In this document: in pieces, positions 26,037 through 35,393 of the stretch | Numbering within the stretch: the first letter of the stretch is position 1 | Layout: each line of letters begins with the position of its first letter | Assembly: GCA_963719125.1 (NCBI GenBank) | Contig: CAVRAT010000015.1 | Span: forward strand, 77,782-141,781 | Direction: 5' to 3' | DNA length: 64,000 nucleotides | From: an uncultured Acidimicrobiaceae bacterium | GTDB taxonomy: Bacteria; Actinomycetota; Acidimicrobiia; Acidimicrobiales; Bog-793 | Position numbers and translations under genes: made by a program | Notes under the pieces: model-generated | What the model saw: the letters and a program-made list of their open reading frames with translations, nothing else | What the model was told of the DNA's origin: nothing | The model's database searches: none

Positions 26037-26255
26037 TGGGCCAGCTCAAGATGGGTTGGGGGAGTAAATGGCCCTTCAGGCGCCAGGCGCGTTTGGCGTC
26101 GCACACCAGGTAGGAGCACCCCTCGGACCTGCGGCCTCGCGTGAGTGCCTCACCAAGGTCGACGCTCGATATCATCTCGCGATTGGTGACGTTGACCGCG
26201 AGCGTTCCGCAGCCGAAGCGAACGACGGAATCGGGCGTTCCGGCAAGGACGGAAG

Positions 26256-27845
26256 GTGAGCCCCGACGTGCCGATCGAAACGCCGGCGCCGCACTCGGAA
26301 GGCCAACATGACGTAGGGCGTGACCGGTTCGCGAAGATCCTCTCAGGGCTGAGCTGGAACACCGGCGGCCAGGTCGTGACGGTCGCGCTCAATCTCGTCC
26401 TGACGCCATTCCTGCTGCTCCACCTAGGCGTCAGCCGGTACGGGCTGTACGCACTGCTCAGCTCCTTTCGCGGGTTGCTGTCGAACCTCGACGGCGGTCT
26501 CGGCCCAACGGCGTCACGCTACTTCTCGGTCTTCGCCGGCTCGCGCGACCACAGGGCAACCTCATCGCTGCTCATGACGATCTCGGTCATGCTCGCCTTG
26601 GTCGTAGGCACCGTCGCGGCGCTCGTCGCGATCTTCGCGCCGGATATCACCGTGGTCCTCCACGCATCGGCAGCTCTCCATCGAGAGGCCGCTGTGCTCC
26701 TGCGAGCATTCATGCCGCTGCTGTTCGCGGCGGCGCTGCGCGCGGTTTTCCAGCGGATCATCAGCGCGCAGCACCGATGGGCCTACCTGAACATCTCCGG
26801 GACCGTCTCCACGGCAGTCTACGTGGTCCTTGCGCTGCTGTTCGTCTGGCAGGGTCATGGGCTCATCGGTCTCTTCTGGGCGAACGTGGGCCAAGAGGTC
26901 GTCCTCGTGCTCGCCTCGGTGGTCGGCTCTCGTCGCTTCGTGAAGCTGCGCGAATGCCACCTCCTGCCATGGGTCGAGATCCGTGACATCGTGCGCTACG
27001 CCAGTCGCGTGCAGGTGGCCGCGGTCGCGAGCTCGTTCAACTTCGAGATCGACTCAGTCTTGGTGGGCTTGATCTTCCCAGTGCGTTACGTGGCCTTCTA
27101 CAGCATCGGCGCGAACTTCTCGAGCCAGCTGGTCAGCCTGCCGATCAACGCGGTGGGCCCGATAGCGGTGACGTTGTCACGAACCTACGGACGGTCCGAC
27201 CTCAAGACCACGCTCCGCGAGTTCGTGGACATCCAGCGACTGTGGGTCCGCGCGATCGCTGCGTACCCGCTCATCGGCGCCGCAAGCGTGTACTTCGCCA
27301 TCCTGCGTTGGCTCGGGCCGCAGGAGCGTCTAGCCGGCGTCGTCGCTGCCATCTTGCTGGTCGGGCAGACGATGACCTTGCTGAGCCAGGTGATGGCCGA
27401 ATTCGGCAAGTCAGTCAAGCGGCCTGGCCTCGAATCGCGCTATCTCGGGGTCGGAATGGTCATCAACGTCGCCTTCACCGTCCCGCTGGCGTTCACCATC
27501 GGCATGCTCGGTGTGCCGGTCGGCACCGCTCTCGGTCAGATCGCGAGCAACCTGTATTTCCTGCACATTGCACGGCGCGAGATTGATCCGAAGCTCCGCA
27601 GTTTCTTCGCAGACATACCCAAGTTGGCGGTGATTCTGGGCGTGGTCACCACGGCTTGTCTTGAGCTGCCCGCATACGAGGTGGCACCCCGCGGCCCGGT
27701 GGGGCTCTTAGTCTGTGCGATTCCGGCAGTTGTAGGGCTCGGGGTTTATACGATCGTCGTCACGGGCCTGAAACAGACCTTCGCCCGCCCTTTCGCCTGG
27801 GCCAGCCGAGCCGAGGGGGCCGTCGCGCCCGAGGATCTCGAGTAG
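26256..27845 (+). CDS. Wzx-type oligosaccharide flippase (MOP superfamily)
   Basis: 529 aa with about 12-14 predicted hydrophobic helices. N-terminal ..SWNTGGQVVTVALNLVLTPFLLLHLGVSRYGLYALL.. is typical of polysaccharide biosynthesis (Polysacc_synt) proteins. Confidence 0.85.
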   Translation: MSPDVPIETPAPHSEGQHDVGRDRFAKILSGLSWNTGGQVVTVALNLVLTPFLLLHLGVSRYGLYALLSSFRGLLSNLDGGLGPTASRYFSVFAGSRDHRATSSLLMTISVMLALVVGTVAALVAIFAPDITVVLHASAALHREAAVLLRAFMPLLFAAALRAVFQRIISAQHRWAYLNISGTVSTAVYVVLALLFVWQGHGLIGLFWANVGQEVVLVLASVVGSRRFVKLRECHLLPWVEIRDIVRYASRVQVAAVASSFNFEIDSVLVGLIFPVRYVAFYSIGANFSSQLVSLPINAVGPIAVTLSRTYGRSDLKTTLREFVDIQRLWVRAIAAYPLIGAASVYFAILRWLGPQERLAGVVAAILLVGQTMTLLSQVMAEFGKSVKRPGLESRYLGVGMVINVAFTVPLAFTIGMLGVPVGTALGQIASNLYFLHIARREIDPKLRSFFADIPKLAVILGVVTTACLELPAYEVAPRGPVGLLVCAIPAVVGLGVYTIVVTGLKQTFARPFAWASRAEGAVAPEDLE

Positions 27846-28063
27846 ACGTCCTCGCGCGGCCGTGGCGGGCGCCGTGCCGTCTGGCTCGCGCCGGGGGCGC
27901 GGGCGGGCGCTACAGGGTGCCGTGGGAGCGTCGGGCAGTCCGGCGGCAGGGATACGCGCTATCGTGAACCGGTGAGGGGGCGGCCCTTCCTCGTGACGGT
28001 GGAAGGGAGGCCGGTGGTGACAGTAACAGCACTGGGTCGGGAGTCTGAGGCCGAGAGCCGATA

Positions 28064-28909
28064 GTGACGCTGTTGGGAGCGGACAGGAAGCGACTCGAGC
28101 CGCCCGCTACGGACTGCCGGACCGGTATCACGAGCACGCGCGCGGGACAGCGCCGACTGCGACCGTCGGATCCCTCGGTCTCGGTTGTCATCCCCGCGAA
28201 AAACGAGGGCGAGAACATCTCCTGGGTGTTGAGCCGCCTGCCGGACTGCGTCAAAGAGGTCATCGTTGTCGACGGGCGGTCCGAGGACAGCACAGCCGCG
28301 ATCGTCAGGTCGGTGTGCCCCGCGGCCAAGGTGATCGAGCACGGCAACTCTGGAAAAGGGAACGCAATTGCGACCGGCCTGCTCGCCGCTGAAGGCGACG
28401 TGGTCGTGATGCTGGACGCCGACGGGTCGATGGACCCGGTCGAGATCCTGCTCTATGTTGATGCTCTCTGCGCGGGGGCCGACCTTGTGAAGGGGTCCCG
28501 AACAATCGCAGGCGGTGGCTCTCAGGACTTGTCCTTTGTGAGGAGGGTCGGGAATCGTGCCCTTCGACTCTTCTCGAACGTTGGCTATCGCCAGTCGTGG
28601 AGCGATCTCTGCTACGGCTACGCCGCGTTCTGGAAGGACTCTCTCGATCACCTCGGTCTCGTTGAGTTGTGCGCACAACGTCCCGAGCGCCAGGCATCCA
28701 CGTTGTGGCGCGGACCCTGGTACGGCCATGGTTTCGAGATCGAGGCGCTGCTCTACTGCAGGGCAGCTCGTGCCCACATGCGCATAGTCGAGGTCTTCAG
28801 TCATGAGTACAAGCGGCGCAACGGTGAGTCGCACCTCGCCACATGGCGGGACGGCGGTCGCGTCATGTTCACGATTCTCAAGGAGCTTCGGTGGCAACCA
28901 CGTCGGTAG
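28064..28909 (+). CDS. Family 2 glycosyltransferase (polyprenol-phosphate glycosyltransferase/DPM1-like)
   Basis: VSVVIPAKNEGENI..VIVVDGRSEDST..GKGNA..VVMLDADGSMDP..VKGSR resembles GtrB/Ppm1/DPM1-type GT2 enzymes. Confidence 0.8.
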   Translation: MTLLGADRKRLEPPATDCRTGITSTRAGQRRLRPSDPSVSVVIPAKNEGENISWVLSRLPDCVKEVIVVDGRSEDSTAAIVRSVCPAAKVIEHGNSGKGNAIATGLLAAEGDVVVMLDADGSMDPVEILLYVDALCAGADLVKGSRTIAGGGSQDLSFVRRVGNRALRLFSNVGYRQSWSDLCYGYAAFWKDSLDHLGLVELCAQRPERQASTLWRGPWYGHGFEIEALLYCRAARAHMRIVEVFSHEYKRRNGESHLATWRDGGRVMFTILKELRWQPRR

Positions 28910-29838
28910 TCGTCTGCTCCTACACGATGTCCCGGTGGGAGAACCTGTGTGCCACTCTCGAGGGGCTTGAGCGTCAGAGCCGGCTACCCGACGAGATCCT
29001 CCTCGTGGCCGACCACAATCCCGAGCTGTCCCACGCACTGGCATCGCTCGGGGTGGGTCGTGTCCTTCTGCATACAGGTGCCCGCGGCTGCGCGGGTGCC
29101 CGAAACCACGGTTTGCAGGCGGCCAACGGTGAGCTCGTCGCCTTCCTCGACGACGACGCCCTCCCCGAACAGGACTGGCTCGACCGGCTCGTGGCGCCGC
29201 TCGAGGCGAGCCCGTCGGTGGTCGCGACCGGTGGCTGGGTTCTGCCCGACGGCGGCAACGTGGCTGCCTGGTACCCAAAGGAGCTTTACTGGGTCTTCGG
29301 CTGTTCCTGGGCAGGCCTGGAAGCGCGCCAGACGTTGCGCAACCCGATCGGAGCGTCCATGGCCTGGCGTCGGGGCGTCCTGTCGGATGTCGGCGGGTTC
29401 AGCGTGGCGATCGGGCATGTGGGCAACTGGAGCGGGGCAATCGGCGGGTGCGAGGAGACGTTGGCCGGGATCCAGTCGACCGCACTCACGCGGGGGATGA
29501 TCGTGCACGCCCGCGATGCCGTTGTGCACCACTACGTCGGGCCCGAAAGAGTCAGGTTCAGCTACTTGTTGCGTCGTGGCTTTGGAGAAGGCACATCGAA
29601 ATGGGTAGTCCGGAGTGTGACCGGCGAGCCGCTGGGCGACGAAAAGGCGCACTCTCGCCGGATTGCCGCTGCTATCGTCACGTCGCTCGCGTTTCCTGGA
29701 CGGTGGCGGACGGCGCTCTACCTCACGGGTGGGCTGGGCGCGACTGCAGCCGGGTACCTCTACGGGCGCTTCAGCCTCGGCGCGGTCCGCCTCGAGCAAT
29801 GCGAGTCCCCTTCGAAGGCTTGGAAGGTCTCGACATGA
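28891..29838 (+). CDS. Family 2 glycosyltransferase
   Basis: GTG at 28891 preceded by AAGGAG. TSVVVCSYTMSRW..ILLVADHNPE..VAFLDDDALPEQDWL. The annotated start 28843 is probably an extension. Confidence 0.85.
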   Translation: MATTSVVVCSYTMSRWENLCATLEGLERQSRLPDEILLVADHNPELSHALASLGVGRVLLHTGARGCAGARNHGLQAANGELVAFLDDDALPEQDWLDRLVAPLEASPSVVATGGWVLPDGGNVAAWYPKELYWVFGCSWAGLEARQTLRNPIGASMAWRRGVLSDVGGFSVAIGHVGNWSGAIGGCEETLAGIQSTALTRGMIVHARDAVVHHYVGPERVRFSYLLRRGFGEGTSKWVVRSVTGEPLGDEKAHSRRIAAAIVTSLAFPGRWRTALYLTGGLGATAAGYLYGRFSLGAVRLEQCESPSKAWKVST

Positions 29839-30773
29839 ACGGCCCTGACCAGAACCGATCAGGTCGGCTCAGACTTCGCGATCACGGCGGTCCGATTGCC
29901 GTCATGGTGTTGCTGGCCATGGTCGCGGGCGTGGCGGTGTACTGCCTGACGGCCAGCTCGCCCGCCAACGCCACCTTGCACCAGCCCGGCGTTCATGGCA
30001 GTGCACGAGCACATGGCCGCCTGTCTTCGGTCCAGTGGACGACAGTGTTTGACGACAATTTCTCCGGCACGGCAGACTCGTCCCTCGGTCCGTCCTGGCG
30101 CGTCTATACGGGCACAGGCATAGGGATCGGACAGTTTGTCGATTCGTCGTCTGTGGTCCACGTCGACGGCCAAGGCCATCTCGTCGTCGGGGCTACGGAG
30201 AGCCCACAGGGGTGGCTCTCCGGCGAGGTCGAGACCACGCAAGCCTACATGCCCGGTCCGGGCCAGGACATGCTCGTCGAGTCGCGCATCGAGCTGCCCG
30301 CGGGCGGCCGGGGCTACTGGCCTGCCTTCTGGGGACTGGGTCTTCCGGCAGTCACGAACCCGAAGGCAGCGCCCATGGCCGGTGAGGACGATTTTGCTGA
30401 GACGATCAACAACGATCCCTGGGTCGGCCAGTTCATGCACTGCGGCATCTCGAACCGCGATGGACCCTGCGGTCTTGACACCCAGGTGGAGACCCCGCTC
30501 GGCGTCCCCTCGGGCGACAGCGGCTGGCACGTGTACTCGTGGCTGTGGTGCAACAAGGGCAGCAACTCTTATGTGGCCTTCTATATCGGCAACACGCTCG
30601 AGATGAAGGTGACCGAACAGCAGATCGGCGCGAAGTACTGGACGCTCTCGTTCGACCACCCGTACGTGTTCATCTACGACCTGGCCATCGGTGGCTGGGC
30701 AAGCCCGCCGGGCCTCTCGACCGCACCGAGCTCGTCCATGAAGGTCGACTACCTCCGGATCGAGCTCTCGTGA
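29835..30773 (+). CDS. Membrane-anchored glycoside hydrolase family 16-like protein
   Basis: The ATG overlaps the upstream stop (ATGA). N-terminal TM anchor (IAVMVLLAMVAGVAVYCL). GH16-type catalytic motif ExDxxE (GEDDFAE). Beta-jelly-roll-like ..WHVYSWLW....VAFYIGN... Confidence 0.75.
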   Translation: MNGPDQNRSGRLRLRDHGGPIAVMVLLAMVAGVAVYCLTASSPANATLHQPGVHGSARAHGRLSSVQWTTVFDDNFSGTADSSLGPSWRVYTGTGIGIGQFVDSSSVVHVDGQGHLVVGATESPQGWLSGEVETTQAYMPGPGQDMLVESRIELPAGGRGYWPAFWGLGLPAVTNPKAAPMAGEDDFAETINNDPWVGQFMHCGISNRDGPCGLDTQVETPLGVPSGDSGWHVYSWLWCNKGSNSYVAFYIGNTLEMKVTEQQIGAKYWTLSFDHPYVFIYDLAIGGWASPPGLSTAPSSSMKVDYLRIELS

Positions 30774-30782
30774 GTCCCAGGA

Positions 30783-32699
30783 ATGATCACCTCGTCTGGG
30801 ACCCTGACATCTCCTGAAGACGTCCCAGACGAGGGCAGAGGCGCTCCGGCCGGGCCAACCGCAGCAGACGTCCTGACGACCCCCACGAGCCACCGGTTGG
30901 TGGTCGTCTCGGCATTCGTCTCGTCGATCATCTGTCTGGTCGCGGCCTACTTCGTTCCCCGGCTCGCGATTTCGACCATGTTCGGCCTGTTCTGGCTGGC
31001 GATGATCATCCTCGTCGGTGCATCGACGTGGGTGCTTTTCGTCGGACGCTTCTCGGACTGGGCCCGTCTTGTCACCCTGACTGCAGTGAGCGTCGTCACC
31101 TATCTCCCGAAGTTGTTCCGCAGCTACCGGCGGCCGGCGTACCTGGACGAGCTGCTTCATCTCGGCCAGGCGCGTCTTGTGCAGCAGGGAATCCTCATGG
31201 GCCACAACTCCCAGGACCCGACAGTCGGTTACTTCCCGCTCTATCAGTTGCTCGTGGTCGCTATTCACGATCTCGCCCGCTTGTCCTTGTGGGACAGCGA
31301 CTTGCTTGTCGCCGGGCTCGGCCATGTCGCCATCGTGCTTGGCATCTGTGTTCTCGCCCGGCAGGTGACCGGGAGCGTGCGGATCGCAGCGACGGCAGGA
31401 TTGCTCTACGCCATCGGACCATCCGTGCTCTTCTGGCTGAGCGAGGCCTCCTACGAGTCGGTCGGCTTACCGCTCGCCCTGTTCACGGCGCACGCATGCC
31501 TGCGCGTTGCGGCCGAGCAACGTCGGAGATGGCTCTGGGTCGCGGCCGCGGGGATGATCGCGACGACCAGTGCCCAGCCGGTGTCCGGGCTGTTCCTCGC
31601 CTGCTTCCTCCTCGTCATGGGGCTCTCGGATTCCTACCGGGGTGGTGCCTATCGCCGTTTCGGACGGGTGCCGGTTCTCCTCCTGTTCGGCCTCGGCTCC
31701 GCGGCCGTCAACCTCGTCTGGATCGCCACCACGAACTGGGCTGTGATCTGGACTTACGTGCTGCCGGGCAGCTCCGCCTTCACGAGCGCGTTGTCGGCCG
31801 TCGCCCACTTCGCCGACCACCGGAGCTTCTTCCAGGGTTCCGGGCTTCCCGCATACGAGAGGTACTGCGGCGAGGCCACCCTTGTGCTGGTCCCGCTGGC
31901 CCTGATCGCATGTTTCGTCCTCTATCGCCGGGGGAGTCTCCGCCAGTCGATGAGCGGGCGGGAACGGGTCGTGCTCCGGGGGTGCTTCGTCCTCGGGACG
32001 CTCTTTGTCCTGTCGTATCCCTTCGACCTGTCCCCGACCTCTGTCACCTGGGTGCACCGGTCTTGGCAGCTCGTCTGGGTCGGGGTCTGCCTGCTGTTCG
32101 CCTACCTGATCGCGCGTGTCACGGATGACACCGCCCCGCGGACTGCCGCGGCAAACCATTGGTTGAAGGCAGGCGTGGTCGCCTTCGTGCTCGTGACCCT
32201 TGTCGGCAATACCTCTGTCAACGCTCCCGCCAGCTACATGTTCGCGGTGCCCTACCAGCTCGGTTCCGGGGCCGGACTGGTGACGAGCGACCAGCTCGAT
32301 GCGGCCTCGTGGATGCGGCTCAACGCTCCCGGCGCCGTGATCGCGTCTGACGATGACACCGAGGTGGTGCAGTGGGCATACGGCGGCACACTTAGTGCTC
32401 CCGGCGCCTTTCCTACCTGGGAATTGACCTTCGGCGGGACGCAACTCGGCTCTGTCGCACAGCGGGACGTGAGGCAGTACCGCGTGGGGTACCTGATCGT
32501 TGACAAGCTCATGTACCACGAGACGAGTGCACGCGGGTACCTCTATTCGCCAACGGAGCCGCACGCCTTTCACGAGTCGCCGGTGCCTCTGGCGGCCTAC
32601 GAGCGGCTGGTGACGGCGAGCTGGATGCGCCTCGTCTACTCCAACCCCCAGATCGCGATCTTCAAGCTCTTGCCACCAATGCAGTCGGAGCCGTCGTGA
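30783..32699 (+). CDS. Large polytopic membrane protein, GT-C-like glycosyltransferase or polymerase candidate
   Basis: 638 aa with at least 10 hydrophobic segments followed by a soluble C-terminal domain. The first extracytoplasmic loop has ..RRPAYLDELLHLGQ.., reminiscent of the D-E motif of PMT/ArnT-type GT-C enzymes. Confidence 0.55.
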   Translation: MITSSGTLTSPEDVPDEGRGAPAGPTAADVLTTPTSHRLVVVSAFVSSIICLVAAYFVPRLAISTMFGLFWLAMIILVGASTWVLFVGRFSDWARLVTLTAVSVVTYLPKLFRSYRRPAYLDELLHLGQARLVQQGILMGHNSQDPTVGYFPLYQLLVVAIHDLARLSLWDSDLLVAGLGHVAIVLGICVLARQVTGSVRIAATAGLLYAIGPSVLFWLSEASYESVGLPLALFTAHACLRVAAEQRRRWLWVAAAGMIATTSAQPVSGLFLACFLLVMGLSDSYRGGAYRRFGRVPVLLLFGLGSAAVNLVWIATTNWAVIWTYVLPGSSAFTSALSAVAHFADHRSFFQGSGLPAYERYCGEATLVLVPLALIACFVLYRRGSLRQSMSGRERVVLRGCFVLGTLFVLSYPFDLSPTSVTWVHRSWQLVWVGVCLLFAYLIARVTDDTAPRTAAANHWLKAGVVAFVLVTLVGNTSVNAPASYMFAVPYQLGSGAGLVTSDQLDAASWMRLNAPGAVIASDDDTEVVQWAYGGTLSAPGAFPTWELTFGGTQLGSVAQRDVRQYRVGYLIVDKLMYHETSARGYLYSPTEPHAFHESPVPLAAYERLVTASWMRLVYSNPQIAIFKLLPPMQSEPS

Positions 32700-33959
32700 G
32701 GCTCGGCGAGGGGCAGTGGCGACGCCTGCCGCTTCTCGGCGGCACGCTGAGCCTGCTCGTGGTGCAAGCGGCGACGTCCTCCACCGGCTACTTCTACTGG
32801 CTCATCGGCGCCAGGTCCTATCCCTCGCACGAGATCGGGGAGGCAGCCAGCATCACCTCGATCTCGATAGTCGTGGCACTGGTCGCCGGCCAGGCGATCG
32901 TGGCCTCACTTATCGTCCGGCTTCCCCGCAGCGACGCTCAGCGGGCAGTTCTCGCGTCTTCGGCGCTCTTAGCCGGAGCGGTTGCCTGTGCTCTGTCCGT
33001 AGTTGGACTCGTTGCCCTTCTCGCGTTCGTTCCCGCCCTGGGCGTGCTGCACCAGGCCGGGGTGGCCTTCGCCATGATCGTCGTCTGCGTGAGCCAGACC
33101 GTCGGCCTCGTCGTCGACGGTGCCGCGTTCGCCCTCGGCAGGTTCCGCGTTCTCGTTGGCCGGAACGCCGCCTTCGGAGCCGGGAAGTTGGCCCTCGTGG
33201 CGGTGATGGCGGCTGTCGGAGTGGGAACGGGGACCGACGTGCTCGTGGGCTCGTGGGCCGCGGCGGGGACACTCACGTCGTGCTGGGCGCTGTGGAGGGT
33301 CTGGAGGGTCACCCGCGGCTCGGGCTGGTCGTTCGCCACGATCCGGCCCGGCCTCGGCTACCAGACGATCACGGCGATCAGCGCCACGGTGCCGCCTCAG
33401 CTGCTCCCCACCCTCGTTGCGGCTCAAGTGGGTGCGTCTCTCGCCGGCGACTTCTCGCTCACCTGGTTGCTCGGCGGGCTGTGCTTCTCGATCTCTCCTG
33501 CCGTCGCTCAGGCGATGCTGGTGACGCACGAGAGCGATCTCGCCCGTTCCACTCGTTATGCGGCGCTGACCATCGGCCTCATGCTCGTGATACCGGTGAC
33601 ACTGTTCCTGACCTACGGGCACAAGATCCTTGGGTTCTTCGGCCCTTCCTACAGCCGCTACGGAGCGGTGCTGCTCGTCTGGCTTGCCGTCTCGACGGCG
33701 CCCAACGCCATCACGAACGTCGCCGTCGCCCGGTGGCGGGTCCGGGAGAGGCTGCGCCCCGCCGCCGCGCTCGAGCGGCCTTACGGCCGCCGTGACGCTC
33801 GGGCTCGTGATCGGCCCCCTCCGGGCGACCCACGGTGGTCTCGGCTCGGTCGGACTGGCGTGGCTCATCGCCCAGGTGGTCGGCTGTGGGTTTGTCCTCG
33901 GCCGGGCGATGTTCCTCCGCCCATCGGTAGGCGCCAAGCTCGAGACGGTGCCGACGTGA
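32696..33959 (+). pseudogene. Second Wzx/MOP-type flippase, apparent frameshift near 33740-33780
   Basis: GTGA overlap with the upstream gene. Polytopic until ..NVAVARWRVRE. The last TM helices (..LTAAVTLGLVIGPL..LAWLIAQVVGCGFVLGRAMFL) lie in another frame ending at 33959. The in-frame continuation to 34090 is Arg/Pro/Gly-rich nonsense. Confidence 0.6.
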
Positions 33960-34086
33960 CGGAGCGACGGATGGGGACATCGTCGCCGGGAGAGCGCCGC
34001 GGCCCGACTGGCGGAACGGGCGTCAACGAGTACCGGCTCAGGAGCGTCCCACGGCCGTTGCGGGCTTCACCCGGCGAGTTGACACG

Positions 34087-35214
34087 ATGAGGGTGGCCCT
34101 CGTCACGAGCGCCTACCCTCCCCATCTCGGTGGCGTCGAACGCCACGTGCAAGGACTCGCGCAGAGCCTGGCGGGCCTTGGATGTGAGATTGAAGTGCTC
34201 ACTCAGGCTCCGCGAGGCGCCTCACCTTCGGTGGATCAATCGGATGGACTCGTCGTGCGTCGCTGGCCGGCGAGCGGGCCTTCCCAGACCGCTCTCTTTT
34301 CGGTCGGCCTGTTCCGGTACCTGAGAGCGGCACGAGGTCGCTATGACGTCGTCCACGCCCACAACTACCATTCTGCGGCACCTGCGATGAGCTACCTGTC
34401 GGGTTGTCGCCCGCTGGTCGTCTCGACCTACCTGCATGCCCGGCCCGCGTCTTTCGTCGCGAGGGTCTTGCACGGGCCTTACGGGATCGTTGGGCGGAGG
34501 ATGTTGCGGGCGGCATCGAGTGTGATCGCCCTCTCGTCGTCCGAGGCGGACCTGGTGGCACAGCGCGTGCCCCGGGTGCGACCGGTCGTCGTCCCGAGCG
34601 GGGTTGACGCAGGCCGTTTGCGGGCGGCGCAGCCCAAGGAGAAGACCGCTCCGGTCGTCCTTTGCGTCGGGCGACTGACTGCGTACAAGGGTGCGGAGCG
34701 CGTCCTCGAGGCGGTGCCCTTGTTGGGTGAAGCGCGACTTGTTGTCGTGGGCAGCGGGCCCGAGGCGGCCACACTCCGACGATTGGCAGAAAGGCCCGGC
34801 TTCAGGGAGAAGGTGCAGCTCATGGGGACAGTCGACGACGACGAGCTCGCCCGCTGGTATGCGACCGCGGACGTCGTCATATCGATGTCGTCATATGAGT
34901 CGTTCGGGATCGTCGTCCTCGAGGGGCTTGCCGCGGGCACCCGGGTCGTGGCAAGTGACATTCCCGCTCACCGCGACATGCGGCAGTTCGACGAACACGG
35001 TTCCCTGCACCTCGTCCCGCTCGCCAGTTCACGCGAGGCGGTCGCGAAGGTGGTTCGCGACGAGCTGGCGATGGGGCGCGCCACGCCGAGCTCGACAGTT
35101 CCGAACTGGGAGACGGTGGCACAACTCCACGTCGACCTGTACGAGGCCGTCCTCGCAAGACAGTCGGCTTTGAGCCGTCGGAGAGCCAACCGGGGCACCC
35201 GTCGTGGCGGGTGA
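34087..35214 (+). CDS. Family 4 (GT-B, group 1) glycosyltransferase
   Basis: MRVALVTSAYPPHLGGVERHV.. N-terminus and ..SSYESFGIVVLEGLAAG.RVVASDI (E-x7-E region). Confidence 0.9.
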   Translation: MRVALVTSAYPPHLGGVERHVQGLAQSLAGLGCEIEVLTQAPRGASPSVDQSDGLVVRRWPASGPSQTALFSVGLFRYLRAARGRYDVVHAHNYHSAAPAMSYLSGCRPLVVSTYLHARPASFVARVLHGPYGIVGRRMLRAASSVIALSSSEADLVAQRVPRVRPVVVPSGVDAGRLRAAQPKEKTAPVVLCVGRLTAYKGAERVLEAVPLLGEARLVVVGSGPEAATLRRLAERPGFREKVQLMGTVDDDELARWYATADVVISMSSYESFGIVVLEGLAAGTRVVASDIPAHRDMRQFDEHGSLHLVPLASSREAVAKVVRDELAMGRATPSSTVPNWETVAQLHVDLYEAVLARQSALSRRRANRGTRRGG

Positions 35215-35393
35215 GCGTGGAGATCGCCGCTGCCGTCACAAGCCGAGGTCCCGGTGGGGCCGCAAGGGTCGTGTCGGGGTCGTTCGTCAATCCGTGTGGG
35301 CAGCCCGAGGTACGGGCGGCGGGGAGCGGCGTCGCAGGGCTTTGCGTTCGGCAAACCTTGTCTGGTAGAGCCGTGCTGTGAAACCGGTGTCAG

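Noticed and set aside
3218-26100. Prophage or integrative conjugative element, suggested by the density of recombinases (1 LSR + 1 LSR fragment, 3 + 1 tyrosine recombinases)
   Set aside because: There are no capsid, tail, terminase, relaxase, T4SS or replication genes. Every recombinase is accounted for by small self-contained elements (LSR element, RIT) or by fragments.
26037-26255. Possible coding remnant between the integrase fragment and the first flippase (minus-strand ..FGCGTLAVNVTNREMISSVDLGEAL..)
   Set aside because: It is too short, has no start or stop structure and no family resemblance. It is treated as non-coding promoter or junk sequence.
27959-33937. Long minus-strand ORFs 27959-29278, 28984-29799, 29859-31325, 31467-32573 and 32969-33937
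   Set aside because: All are antisense to the tightly packed plus-strand GT2/GT2/GH16/GT-C/Wzx operon, which has clear family signatures. Their translations are low-complexity R/P/G/A-rich.
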